Source: Schmidtea nova (taxonomy: Eukaryota). Taken from it: a stretch of 64,000 nucleotides of DNA. The position numbers were made by a program, and so were the translations under genes. Location of the stretch: assembly GCA_044892505.1 (NCBI GenBank), contig CM097884.1:72230001-72294000 (forward strand). Direction: 5' to 3'. How positions within the stretch are numbered: the first letter of the stretch is position 1; the number at the start of each line of letters is the position of its first letter. Under the pieces are notes generated by a model. That model was given only the letters and a program-made list of their open reading frames with translations. It made no database searches and was not told the DNA's origin. Below, piece by piece: positions 35,401 to 50,400 of this stretch.

Positions 35401-38400
35401 TCTTTTAATAGAGCTAAAGAGTCACTAATAAAAATTCAAACACTGGCATACATTAAACCAGATCTTCGGATTAAACCTTAACTCCCGAATCTTTAGAATT
35501 CCATTCACAAAAACTGAACGCGACACAACAGAAGTACTCAACTTTCGACCGCGAACTCTTAGCAGTTTACCTTTCCATTAAACATTTTTCACATATTTTG
35601 GAAGGACGAAACTTTACTATATTCACACACCATAAACCCTTGGTACATGCCATAACTATGAGAGACCCATCCCCTCGACAACAGAGAAAAATTTCATATA
35701 TTTCTGAATACAGTTGCACGATAACATATATAGCTGGCAGAGAAAACGTTGTTGCAAATATAATTATTTTAATCAATTATTATAAATTATTTTATAATTA
35801 ATTACAATAATTACAATTTTCTACAATAACTTCCTATGGACTATACTATTAAGCATACCACCCAACACATTTTCATTTTCAGACTATAGATCAAAGGTTT
35901 GTATAATTCAATGCGAACACTAAGCACTTAATTTTACTTGAAAAGCACATTGTTTTTTTTTGTTTATTTCCTTTTAAATAATTCGCAAAAATTAGATTAA
36001 AAAAAGTCATTCATGTAATTTAAACTAATAAAGGAAAATTTTTTACTTTTGGCTCTTAATTTCTTTAATTTGGCTAACAAATAAAACATTTTTCTTAACA
36101 GTTTTTCACGTATTTTTTCCATATTATCCCTGTCATTAATTATATTTTCAAGTTCTTTTTGTTTTCTAAATACTAAATATAAAATTAAATATATATTTTG
36201 ATTTTCTTTTTCCACTTACATTCATCACCATCTTCAATAGTAATTTGACATTTGTTCCCAGAATTTGGATGATTTCGAGAAAGGGAATTTCTTCAAATAA
36301 TAAGATTTAAAACAAACAATTAAAAACAGAACAAATTCTCAAAATATATAATAGAATACAAAAGATATTTAGTTCTAATGAGTATTAGTAGTACCCTTAC
36401 ATATAGCCTTTAATATTCCTACAAAATGTTGTATTCACCATGTGTTTTAATATGAGAGAAGAAAAATTCAAAAAAGTGGATTAGCGTTAAGGTAAAGCAA
36501 CGACACGGAATTTTATATGTTGCTGCGGTATTAACATGTTTTTTTCTATGATTTATGTTTGTGTGTGATTATGTTTTTTTTCTATCTCTTTTTCTACGAC
36601 ATAATATATGGCCATTTTCAGTAAAACAGCAATGAAATAGGTACATATAGGTGTGTATTTTTCTATATTATAAGTTTTTTGATTATTATAGGCCACCCAA
36701 TCGAGTGAAACACGATGAAGCATGTTTATTGTGTGTATGTGAATGTATGTATTTACTCACCAATGTATTTTTTCTGCCTTCTTTTAACATAAGAATGTAA
36801 TAAATGTCCGGTTTTTTCACTATAGTTTTAATTTTATTATTTTAATGGAACAATAAATATTGACTCAAAGTGGATTTAGCGTTAAGGTAAAGCAATAATG
36901 ACGCGGAATTTTATATGTTGCTGCGGTATTAACATGTTTTTTCTATGATTTGTGTTTGTGTGTGATTATGTTTTTTTTCTATCTCTTTTTCTATGACATA
37001 ATAAATGGCCATTTTCAGTAAAACAGCAATGAATTACGTACATGTAGGTGTGTATTTTTCTATATTATAAGCTTTTTGATTATTATAGGCCACCCGATCG
37101 AGTGAAACACGATGTAGCATGTTTATTGTGTGTATGTGAATGTATGTATTTATTCACCAATGTATTTTTCTGCCTTCTTTTAACATAAGAATGTAATAAA
37201 TGTCCGGTTTTTTCACTGTAGTTTTAATTTTATTTTTTTAATAGAACAATAAATATTGACTCACTAGACCATAACAACGAATTCCTTGTGTTTAGGCTTA
37301 TTGACTTTATTATAGTATTCGAAATGTAATGGATTAAATCCCGGCGCAAATATTTGAGCAAGAGATATTTAATAAATTATTTATTTATCATATAAAATGC
37401 TTTACTAATTATAAATAATAAACATGAAAATATATTACTGATCATCATCCATTCCAAAATGATTAGAGATATCAAATTTATCTGAAATATAATTATCAGA
37501 GATTTTTTGTTATTATAGACATAACAAAATATTACCTAAAGCAATTTTGGCATCGAGCAAAAATATTTCAGATTTAATTGCCTAAAATAAATTAAAAAGA
37601 AAATTTATAATTTTGATTTTTCAAATCAATTTTTTTTATATTCTCATTAGTTGATATGCTCATTATATATTTGTCAAAGAGAGTGTTAATAGGTTTTCAA
37701 TATGAAATACAAATACAGTTATCGAAAATAAATAATTTTACAATATATTTCGATAGATGAGTTGTCATCAAGCAATAAACAAATTCCATAAAGAAAGGTC
37801 ATATGGAAGGTCATAATGTGGCTCCTTTCAACAACTTAACACATAAAGCATTAGTCAAAACAATCTTGTTGCACGTTACAATGTGACATTGATAATGCAA
37901 CAAATGGGTGGATGTCCGCAAACAGTGAGCGTCGAAAAATCGAAACTATGATTAACCGAACATCCCAGTGGGTTCAAGGGCTACCGATAGAAGATTTAAT
38001 GGCCATTTGAATTCCTTAATATAATTTCTTATTCTATTTACTTCTATTATATCTAAGTGAAAATCATTATTAGAGTTCTGCGATTGATTTTAGTAAACGT
38101 CAATTGAACAGTGATCCACCTAGGCTAATTTCGTCAGTACAGCTCATGGGCCGGATTGATTTCAAATGGTATGGAGATCGAAAAGAAATTATTTAGTTAT
38201 AATAATCATACGGTCGATAAATTGGTAAATTTAGTAAAATGAGTTTGAGTGACAGAGTTTAAATCGAAAAAAATTTATAATGATAATAAATATAGCACAC
38301 AAAAAAATCAAATTAAAAATCAAAACAATATAAATTAAAATCGCTATAATTATATTCACAATTTCAAATATTAGATAAAAAATTATTATAGGAATGAAAT

Positions 38401-41400
38401 CATCATAATGAAATAATGCACATATAAGTTAAAATTTAAATAGAATACCCGGCATGGTTAATTTGGCATGATCACCAACATGCTATAAAATCATGAAGCA
38501 TACATCAAAACGTATTTCTTGAACTACTGATGACTTCGGGAAACCACTGATGTGATAAAAATTCTCGAAACTGATGATTTTTTCATGCGAGAGCTTTCTG
38601 GATGGTAGTTGAAATATTCTCTTGATAGAATGAAAAATTCTGAGTTAGTGGTTAAAATTCTTTTTCGTAATTTTTTTGTGCAAGGTTCCGCTGAAGTAAA
38701 ACTTTACACCAGTCGGTTGTATGAAATTCTAACGATTATGATTTTGATGATAGTATATATAGGAGGTTTTTTGTATAGTTTTCATTGATGCATTAAAACA
38801 GGGATTGCCAACCCGTGGCCCACCTTGAACATTTTTCTGGCCCGCGAGATTCATCACACTTTTACAAAATATATTTATTTTATAATGTCCGGGGTAATTT
38901 AAACATTTTAATTATATCAATAAACAAACATTTTTATTCTATTGTCGGTTATATGAAGTATGACTGCAAAGAAAAGAAGAATAGTAGACAAAACAGTAGC
39001 ATTATTATTATATTATCTATGTTTACATGTAAGAATAATAATAAACACAATAATAATAACTCATTATGTTTTAATTTTCACTGCAAAAAAATGTTTAAAG
39101 TGTATTTAAATCTAATCTGGTGATATATAATTTTATACACGGCCCGCGGAGTTATGATGCATTTCCAATGTGGCCCGCAAGATCATATGGGTTGGCCACC
39201 CATGCATTAAAACAAATTTTTCTAGAAGGAATTTTCGATTTTTCAAAAATTAAACAACATCTTTTTGACTGCACATTACAGACCTTTTTGAATATTGGGG
39301 TTAATATAGATGATTGTAGAGGCCAAACATATGATAACGCAAGTTATATGTCTGGGAAATATGCTGATGTACAGGCTCGTATAGTGTATATAAATAAGGC
39401 AGCGACTTACATTTTCTGCATGGCACTCGTTAATCTTATCTGGTATTGCTGCTGCAGAGTCCTGTGTTGATGCAATTTTTTTCTTTGGACTTGTACAAAG
39501 ACTATACGTATTTTTTCTGCCTCAACATACAAATGGGCAGCTGTTGAAATTGTTGTAAAAAACAGGCACAAGAAAAAGACACAGTGGCACTGTTTCCAAA
39601 ACGTTTGGGTGATACGAGGTGGTTTGCTCGTGCGGATGCACTGCATAGTTTGTTTAATTACTACAAAACTTACCAATCATTTTTGAAAGAATTTGGCAAT
39701 GACAAGGAACAAAAATCTGAAAAAATGGATAAATTAGAAATAGCATTTCTAACTGGAACACCATTTTTAACCGTGTAAACGAAACCAATAATTTGCTTCA
39801 ATCCGACACTATTGATCTTTGTACCGCAATTGCACTTCTGAAATCACTTGTAAAATTTCTAAATTCTCAAAGAAACAACTTTTACTATTTTTGTCAATCT
39901 GCATAAAAACTATGCAAAGAATGATTTGAAGATAAACGTGTCCATCGGCCAAAACGAAGAGCTGATGACAACAATGCAGCAGTTGTTGTTTTAACAGGAA
40001 AAGAGAAATTGAAACTTGAAACTTTCTATGTTATATTGGATGCAATTTTAACAGATATAAATAGCAGAATTCAAACATGCTCGGAAGTTGATAAAAGGTG
40101 CCAATTATTCTATGCTGACGAGAACATTACCACAATTTCAGATTCTATTAGAAAATTTGTAAGATTTTTATTCTGATGACCTCACTGATGAATTATATGA
40201 TGAATGGACTCAATGGCAAGCTCTTCTACGTCAACTTCCATCAGCGCAAAGAACACCTACCCCTCTACAAATGCTGGAAATATTGAAAAACTTTAACATG
40301 CAGACAGGATTTCCGAATATATACATTGAGTTACGAATTTTTTCACTCTGCCAGTGTCTAATTGTAGCGATGAAGGATTTTTTAGTCATTTGAAACGAAT
40401 ATAAATGCGTTGAGGTCGACGATTGGGCAACAAAGATTATCTGATCTAACACTTATGAATATTTTATGTGAAATTGTTCACCAGCTAGATTTCCAAGATA
40501 TTGTTGACAGGTTTTCAACACTAAAGGCTCGCCGCAAAGATTTTTAAATAAATTGTCTATCATACTATTAAATTCATGCAGCAGGAGGTGAGATAAAAAA
40601 ATTTCCGGAATGTATTATATTAAAAAAATGATTATATTAGGTATCAATGAACCATAAAACTATCAATTATTTATCTTATTAATATTAACATAAATAATTA
40701 TTACAATATCTAAAAATTTGAACAAAGGGGCCTACTTAAGAAAATTAGTACCGGCCTCCAAATTGGTAATCCGGCCCTATATATATATATATATATATGT
40801 GTGTGGTTGTTTATTATAAATTACGTATGTAATCGCATGTACAGAATACAATAAAAAAATATTTAAAATAACTCTCAAAATTTTTGTAGACAGTGAATCT
40901 GTATATGTTTTTAAGATTATTTTATTCAAAGTTTCATAAGTTAGAAGTTCAAAATAATTTTTTAAATTGCTAGACATTACTTTAATATTGGAAATGTCAA
41001 TGCGCGTCTTGCGTGACTTATAATGCTCAATAATATTACTGTTTCCGCTCATTTTGGTATGCTTTCGAACTCATTTACAGAATAAACGGACAGTCTCTTC
41101 AATGTGCGTGACATTAAAAGTAAAAATATATCGAAGATCAAAACATAGACTAAGTAGCGTCAAGGATTTATTATTGAACATGCCACGAACTTTACAAGAC
41201 TTAAAAATTATTTTAACATTAATAGCTACAATAATTAATAAATTTTAAAAAACTCTAATGTATCTAATTCATGTTGCTTTTATTTATTTCATTACATTTA
41301 TTATTATTACTCAGCACAATGCATTTGTAAACCATTCTTCATACGCATTACAACATTATCTATATTAATCAAAGGAACAATATCAGTAACTTAAACGAAC

Positions 41401-44400
41401 CAATGCCAGGTGAAACTTGGTTATCTATCTAATTCAAACTAATAACATACTTATCAACAGTTTCACATAATTCGTTGCAAAAATTATTTTAAATATCCGT
41501 TAATATGTAGTCATTTAAGTAATTTATCAATACTATTTAAAGATTGACAATAAATTGACAGTTATGTCTAAGAACGATAAATCAATTCCTTGATCATATT
41601 TCGTTTATATTTGAAATCACAAAATCTTCCTTGTGATGTATATATGACCTGCTGTTTTCGAATGCATTTAATGTATTTTTCAACATGCTGGATTGGCCCG
41701 ATTGTATTTTAAATGTAATGTTATATAGGATCTTTATAAGATGGGTTATTTAGAGATCTAGCATATCACAAGTGTTTTGTTTTTTAATTTTATATTTTTT
41801 ATTTATATAACTTTATTGAGTTTTCATTTAAATACTGTATTCGTAAAATTTGATTTTCAACAAAATGGCTTGATTAGAAATTTAAAATTTAATATTTTTA
41901 CGCGACAAGTATTTTGTTGTATATTGTGCTTTTTTAATCTAATTAATTCTATCTATACATTGTTATATTAAAAACCAAATAAAGTTATTTTAATTTTTCA
42001 AAAAGATGGCTTCATTATAAATAAACTGTAATCTGTGCTGCACTTTCTATTGGGCTGACAACCAAAAGGTTGGAAAATTCTAATGTAATATCAGGGAAAC
42101 CCTAAAGAATAATTAATTAGAATTAAAAGTTAAATGAAATTAAGAGGAAATACAAGGACATAAAGAATAATGAAAAGAAAAAGAAATAACACGAGTTGAA
42201 ATAATTAAACAATAAGAAAACAGACTAAACGAAAAGAGCGAGATAAAATATGACCAGCGATAGAACGAAAATAGAAATTAATGAGGGATTTAAAAATTTA
42301 ATCTAAAATAATGAATAAAGAGGGTGAATAAAAATAAATTAATTAAATTCGCCTGAAAAATATAATCCACCGCTATTGGTTGAATAAAACGATTAAAATA
42401 TCGTATTTTGAGTGGGCGGATCGTCGATTATTGGTCGGTTAGTTCACAACTCAAACTCAGTTCATTACATATTATTACTAAAACTGTGGTAGAGTTAACA
42501 AGAGCTCCCTATCGTGTTGGGTCATAGTTCTAAGAGTCAAATTGAGTCCTAAACTGATAGTAAAATACCAAATAATGAGTGTTTAAGAGAAATAATCTAA
42601 CTCCAATGCATTATTAAGAGTGATAAGGGGAAATCTGAGATTCCCGCTGAATCTTTTATGGTAATCAAATAAACTGGCGTAAAATCAGATAAAACCAGTA
42701 ACATATATTTTGCGTATGGTGAAGTAATGTATCATACTCAAGTCAGAGTAGACAAAAGTCAAATCGTCATGAAATCTAAAAGATAGTAATAAAGCGAATA
42801 AAATGTTAATTAGTAAATACATTTTGACAACCAGAAAAATAGATAAATTTGATGATTATCAGCATAATAGTGATACCACAAGTCAATTCGCATGAATAAT
42901 TACACGACATTTGGTGTGAGAATACATCTGAGTAGATAGTATACCAAACTCGTTCAATATATAAATAGAAATAACTTACTTGTGAAACTGCAGGTGATCG
43001 CTTAACACTATAATCATACGAGAGAAAAAAATATGAGAAGCGACAAGACGTCTGAAATAAAATCCAATGTGGGTTGAACTTATCATTCTTGTCATTCTGT
43101 CCCAGATATTCATGAGGATTCCACCAATTGAAAAGGAAACAACAGAAGGTGTCTTAACCAGATTGGGTTGAAAGAAATGTATGTGTCCTACTGAGCAAGA
43201 ATTTCAGAGTAAAGAAATTAGGATCATATGATTTGGAAGGCCTGAGTGACCTATGAGGTTTCAAGTTAACTATACCGGGATGCCAAACTACTTCCTCTCT
43301 AGACTAATCAATTTCAAGGTGCATCATGGATCTAATATGAAGGAACGGTACTGGAAGCTGAATTCCGAATGATCGTTAAAGGTAGGGTAAATGTAGAAGT
43401 CAAATGTGTGTAATATTTTTAGGATTATCTTTCATTTATTAATATTTATAATTAATAACCAAAAATTTAAAATACACTCAATAAGAAAACTTGATAAAGG
43501 TTGTTCTGAAATATCGTGTAACTTATAAAAGTTTTTTATATATAATATTACAAAAATAAATATTGTTAGAGTTAGTCTAACAAGCACGAAAGAAAATAAA
43601 AAAACACAAAAAATTCATTCGATTAGAAAAACTATAAAAAAGGAAACAAATTCATTATTCTTGTTAGTTGGTCGAAGGCAATTTTTTAGAGAGATCCAAA
43701 AAGGTTAGTAAGAGGAGAGCATATCAAAACGGAGAACATCATCCACATCAAATCAATTATTGCGTACTATTTGAAGACTTACCTTTAACGCAAGAAAAGT
43801 ACAAAAAACTTTTGTGTTGAACTGAAATAAGTTATTGTGTTGGGTAACTTTAATTAATTTAAAAAAATAGAACGAGTCAGAAATTTATAGACTTAAAAAA
43901 TAAACCCAACAATATGAAAATTATTGAATGAGTGTTAAATATGGGCTACGATGAATAATTATGCAGGAAGAAATATTCTTTTTAAAGTAACAGAAAAATC
44001 GGAAAACGCTAAAAGATCTCAGAATTAATAAATAATTCAAAGAAGTCTGTTCGTTCTAACCGAAACATTAAACTGAAAATATTCCTTGACTAACTAATGG
44101 GATGTGATATTATTTGACAATAATATATTGTTTAAATATTGACAATAAGCGTGTAATATTTAACGTTACATTTTTAAAAGAAAATTTTATATTTTTGTCT
44201 GTATTTAGCGCTTCACTATAAATTCGTTGTAGATATTGTTACCTTCCATGTTCTTAGAGAAGCATGGCATTAATTTCTTAGTTTATGTGCATTAATGAAT
44301 TCAACTCTACATTTACATTTACCATATAAAATTTATAAAAATGTAATACATAATTACCATCGGAGTTTCATAAATTTTTATTTTAAACATTCTTTCTTGA

Positions 44401-47400
44401 ATTCCTCGAACCTATAAAATATAAAATTTAACCAAATATTTGTTACTAATTATATATACATCGAAATTACTTTAAATTAGGTTGAATTATTATTATTCAG
44501 TATTCAATTTAAGGTAAATATTGACAGATTGCATATGGGAGACGCTAGTTCGTATCATAAACACTTGTATGTAAAAAACGGAAATATTATAATTGTTAGA
44601 TCTCATTCTAATAAATATTTTCAATCATTTATTAAAAAATTAAAAATACGTGAGACTTAGGACTGCTTATAAGAAAAAATTGTCATCATGGATCTATTTT
44701 TCAAGCTGAAAACAATTCCCGGTTTACTACAAAGTTATGATCCGTATGGCAGCTGCGTAATAAATACATTGTTTATCAACCGTCCTTGCGCTAAACACAG
44801 TTTTAGTTGGGACAACCACACATTAAGTACCCTTGTCACCTGCCTTGTTCACTTCCGTTGACAATGACTCTACTGTTACCTTTACGTCTTATTCATTTTT
44901 TACCGACTTGAACATTTTAAGGCGGCAATGAACCAACAATTTCAAAAATCCCTTAACATTTGGTATATAATCATCATTGAGTACCGCATCAAACCAGTTA
45001 TACACAGAAGTAAAATCTATCTTAAGCACAACAAATTTCAAATTCCAACAAATGTTCATCTCATCCTTTCAATACGATTTCTAATTCGGTGACATTTATA
45101 CGAGTCACATCGTCTGATTTACGTAGCCATGTAGCATCTACAACACACACTGTTCCAATTTCCATAACTACTCCGATCGCGAGACTGTTTGAATCACATC
45201 ATAAAATTCCTGAATTAGTTTTCATGGCGTTCTACTCTCTTCCCACAGGATCTAGTTTCTGCACTCTATCTGCGATATCTCTCATTACAGCTGATGTAAT
45301 TGAATCTACTTTTTCATCCCATTCTTTGCCACCTTATAATTGTTTTTACAAATTAACAAGCCATTCTCAACCAGCGCGCTACAAAAGTGTACAATAATTC
45401 AAGAAAACAGATGTTGTTTGGTGACCTTCGGCTTAATATCTTAAACTTGATTGTCTCGGCTCCATATCCGTTTTCAATGTTTTCAACACATTTTAATCGA
45501 AGAACTCAAGCACCATCAAAACACTCTGGATTCTTCGCCTTCAATCCAAACTTACGCAAAAATCCAAACTTACGTGTTTGACTGATGATTCAGCCGAAAT
45601 CAAACTCGTATCAACAAGCATATCATCTAAGTAAGAATCCGTAGCTTTGCTGATGTCTGTGTCTAATGACAAAATATATCTCAACACAGACATCATGTTC
45701 TTTGATACAACGTTAGAGCAAAAACCAAATCTTGTAAAAGCAAACTGTTTACACTTGAAATGAGTCACTTGGAAGGCCCGCAAAGCTGCGTAAAGTCGTA
45801 TTTGTACATAGGCTGATTTTAAAACAACTATAGCAGCATCTTTTCCCCATCTCCATCATTTTTTTCAATTTATGCTGACAAGTATATGCCTGCGTATTGT
45901 GACTTGAGACATATATGCTGATATCAATGGTTCAGCACTAGTATCATCTTCGGTTTATTTTGTTGAATTTTAGCCATCAGAAGAACCACAACCTTGATTT
46001 TATTGTTAAAGAGCTGCAACCATCCGTTTTTCAAAAAACTTCTACAGCCTCTTTAAATTCATCTTTAGCTATGTAGAAAATTTTATATTGTTCTATCAAA
46101 TTCATCAGTGCTTCTGAGGCGTTCTTGACGCCATTTCACTTTACAGCCCATTTCTTAACATAAAACCGAGCCAAAATATCTTTATTTTCGACATAATTAA
46201 TGGAATTCGGCCTATTTCTAGACAGCATCACTCTATGTTCCTTCGTTTGGATATCCGTGTCAATAAATCGGAAAACAATAAATTTCTTGTTACATATATT
46301 TATTCGCAAACTTAACCTTGGTTCGTTGCACAATCACACCTTTCAGGAGAGATATTGCATTCAAACTCAACAGAACTTCACATATAAGAGAAACCTTTTT
46401 ATTAATAAACACATTTAATTTAATTTCCTAGCCCATGACTTTTATCGATATAAATCTTTCACAGCAAGTTAACTTAGTACCGCCAACCACTAAAAATGTC
46501 TTTTGATACCAAAACTGCAGTATCCTTCCATAAGTTGATACAATAGCAGGATTTAATTATACTGTAACCAAATAACTATTTTTTTAACCAGTAGTTACCC
46601 ATCGCAAGCAACGTTGGTAATGTAACTGTTGAGAGAAATAATCCTTGTAGTGACATTTATTTGTAAAGGAAAACTGTTGAACTTAGCCGAGTCACCTGTA
46701 AAAAATGTCGGGACGATCTGGGGTGAATGTTGTGTACGTGAGTGTATATTTAAGATAATTTAAATAACGAATAACAAATAACGCAGTACTTAAATTTACA
46801 ATATTTATTTTAAATCGAAAAAAATAACTTATAGAACAACAGTACTCACGAATTTAATTAAGGTAATTTCAGTTTTTTTTTCTTTTTCAATCAATTTCTT
46901 TCAGAATTTTATTAGGATAATTTCAGTTCTTTTTCAGTCAATTTCATTCAGAATTTAATTAAGGTAATTTCGGTTTCTTATCAATCGATTTATTTCTCTA
47001 GGTCTTTCTTCATGCATTTTTTAAGTTTTCTTGCCTTGAATAAATTTTCACACTTTTCTTTAAAATTTTATTTTCGTTTTTAATTTTATATTTCTTTTCC
47101 TATAGTTTTACTTTCAATTGGCTTTGTCAATATTTTCAATTGGCTTTGTCAATATTTTCAATGATTTTTTTATTTCTGTATTTTTATCATTTCCATAGGA
47201 ATAGATTTTTTTGAATTCTAATTTTGAATTTTTATTTTCTATTTCATACTCCTTAATTAAATAGTATTAAACAGAAAATAAATAAGGATAAAACATAATA
47301 CACCTATAAAGATTAACAAAATAAAAGTAAAAATTGAACCTTTACACTCCCAAGAAGTGAGCGCTGTTAACTGAACTATAATAGAACTGTCGATAGAAGA

Positions 47401-50400
47401 GATGTGCTCATTTCAATGTTCGATCCTTTTCTCTGACATTAATGTTTTAACTTTCTATTGATTATTTTTACTTCTTTTTTAAACGAGAAACTATGAAAAA
47501 TATTTGATTAGAATACATTTGTTTAATCGAACATCAATTTAATATGCCGATGATCAAACAATTTTCCACAGTCCCTTTGCTATCCATTCATCAACCCTTA
47601 ATTTTATAATAATTACCGTAGAATTTTTAGCAATAAAGTCCTTTTATCTACTTTATTTATTCGGGGGACTTATGACGTAAAAAAAATAAAGATGGGTGGA
47701 ATATAAATTTATTATACATAATCTTAATCTTGGATAAATTGTTTTCAGTTTAGAAATGTAGCCGACTTACATTAATAAAAGATATGGGCATCACAAAAAA
47801 TAAAATCGATTGATCGCATTAACTATTAGTTTGGTTATAAATCATGGCCTACGTTGCAGATTATTGATAAAACAATTTATGTAATCGGAGAATAATGAAC
47901 CGGTAAGCTTAAATTGTAGTTTGATATATTTATTGATTTTCTTCTTTTTTGTTTGTTGACTCTATCGATCTATATATGTTATCAGGATGGATACTACACT
48001 TTTATTCCCCTCAATCAATGGATAAAATTTTCTGGTTCTTCAATTATTAATTAGTTTTTAATTTTTGTAATAGTTATTTTTGTGTTCAGTTTTTAGTTGT
48101 TTTGTCTTTTGGTAAACTTTCGTATAATGATTGAATTTTTATTTCTACATTTATATCGTAAATTTTTAAGCTACCAATAGCCATTTACTGTCATTATGTC
48201 ATTTGCTATTTTAGTTTTTTATAGCTTTAATTTGCTTTAATTTTTTAATATATTGAACAAGTCATGGCATTTTCTCATGCTCATTTCGTGACTTCGTCCT
48301 AATGTTCGTTTTCATTCTACCAGCCAGCACCAGTTACAATTTAATTTATTCAGTGGAGAGATGCGAACATGTAAATTTTGTTTTATATTGTAAGAATTAT
48401 GATGGTAACTATTACGCGGTAATTTGAGATTTGTAAAAAAACCTAAGAATTGTAATTTATTATCATGTTCTGTCAAATGATTCCAGATTAAACTGATTTA
48501 GGAGGAACTCTGTTGGTGCTATAGGCCACTTGTTTCCGGGCGGTTAAAAGTGCTTGGACCGAAGAATGGGTTAGAGTCTTCAAACAATTGCCTTATTAAA
48601 TTATATAGAATGGGGAGGGAAAACGAATGATTGAAAGATGATTATTTAGATAAGTTGGGGAATAAATAAATGTGGATTTAAGATAGAATAAAGTAATTGA
48701 AAGCTGGGAATTAATAATGCAAAAGGACCGTAAAGTAAATATGCGGTAAGTCCTATCGGCAGCAGGAACCCGAAAAAGAGGACATAAGGAGGAGTAGTTA
48801 TGGCATAGAAGCTTACCTGCTCACTAGATTCTCGCCGCTATGTACAGGTCCAACATAGTGCCACGGAGTAACTATGGGTACACGACTGAGTCAGTTAACA
48901 TTTATGATTGGGTGCGAGTTGTAGTAATCCCTATAAACCAACAAAATTTCGTAACAGCCAATACCACCCAACAGTTTTATTGATCTTTTATATTTTCAGC
49001 TTTTCAGAACCTTGAACACTCCCAACGGTAAATTCTTCAAAATCAAAAATGGAATTTCATTTTCTGGTCAGTGGATATTTGTATTTTTTATTGAAAATAT
49101 ATGCGAGTAGTTATTCTAAGATATTTTTATTTCATTTTATTAAAAGGATTTTTATAATTTATTGTAACTTGTGTAATATAATGTTCTTTTCTGGGGTCTT
49201 TATACAATTCATGGGTTCTATCAAATTCTGCTTCATCAATTTATTTCAATGTTTTCAAAAATTAATTCATAACTTTCCTACACAACTTCATCGAAAATTG
49301 TAAATATACTTGAATTATTCCAATTTGCATTGATCTAAACTTTCACAAAATGTATCATATTCATCCCTTCTAATTTCATTTTTATGAAAAATGTATTTAG
49401 AAAATGTTCATAATATTTAGAGAAGAATTGTATTTAAAAAGAAAAAAAATTAAATTCTTTTAAGGGAACAAATTTTAATATAAAACCATTATATTTATCC
49501 GGCTATTCTCTCACATCTACGTGAGTATGAAGATAGGTTTATATATCCCGATAACTGCATTGGGTTGGACAGTTCGGGAGAATCCACTCCAAACTAATGA
49601 ACTCACACTGACTCCCTGCATCGTAACAAGCTGGATATCACGGCGAGTTAGCGACTCAGATGTCAAGAAAATTAAAACAAAAAGATAAAAATTCATTTTT
49701 GGCCACTACAATCATTTTAGTTACCGATCGAAAATACATTGACCTCTTTTCAAAATCTTCATTTTGCCATGAAAACAATAATAGATAGACAATAGAACAA
49801 AGACAACTGTAGCATGGACCGATGTCAAATAAAATTAAAAAGAATGAGCAAAACATCAAACTGACATACCTTATATGTACAGAATGATGCTAAAGATTTC
49901 AGGAGCGATAGGCCTCACATGTTCTGTTTCCCAACTGTGAAGAGTTTCCTTACTTTGAAGATAAGTATTTTCAAAATTTCCAGAAAGAACCTCGATTCTT
50001 CATAAAAATTCCTCAAATTCCCAAAAGAATGTTGAAAATAATGAAAATGGCATTTCTATTTATACCATTTTCAGAGCATTTAATTTAATTGATGCAGTAA
50101 AACAAATGTTTCTTGAATGTTCTTTCTGTTTAATTTAAAAAGAAATATTTTATTTTTACTAAAATAGATTTATATTCATACATAAAATTTTTTCATTACT
50201 TTAATAAATTTTATTTTTATCAAAATTTTATATTTTACATAAATATTTAACTACTTTAATTTTAATTTTTGCAATATACTTTTACATTTTTATATTCATT
50301 AAAATTATTCATTAAAATTAAGATAATTAATTAGAAAATTTTTGAACTTTTATATTTACTTAATTTTTAAACCAGTTAACTGAGTTTGAACAATATACTC

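Noticed and set aside
42500-43400. Possible retroelement integrase remnant (a similar weak signal at 20400-21100 and 53310-54450)
   Set aside because: Only faint motif echoes with many stops, which I cannot support without a profile search.
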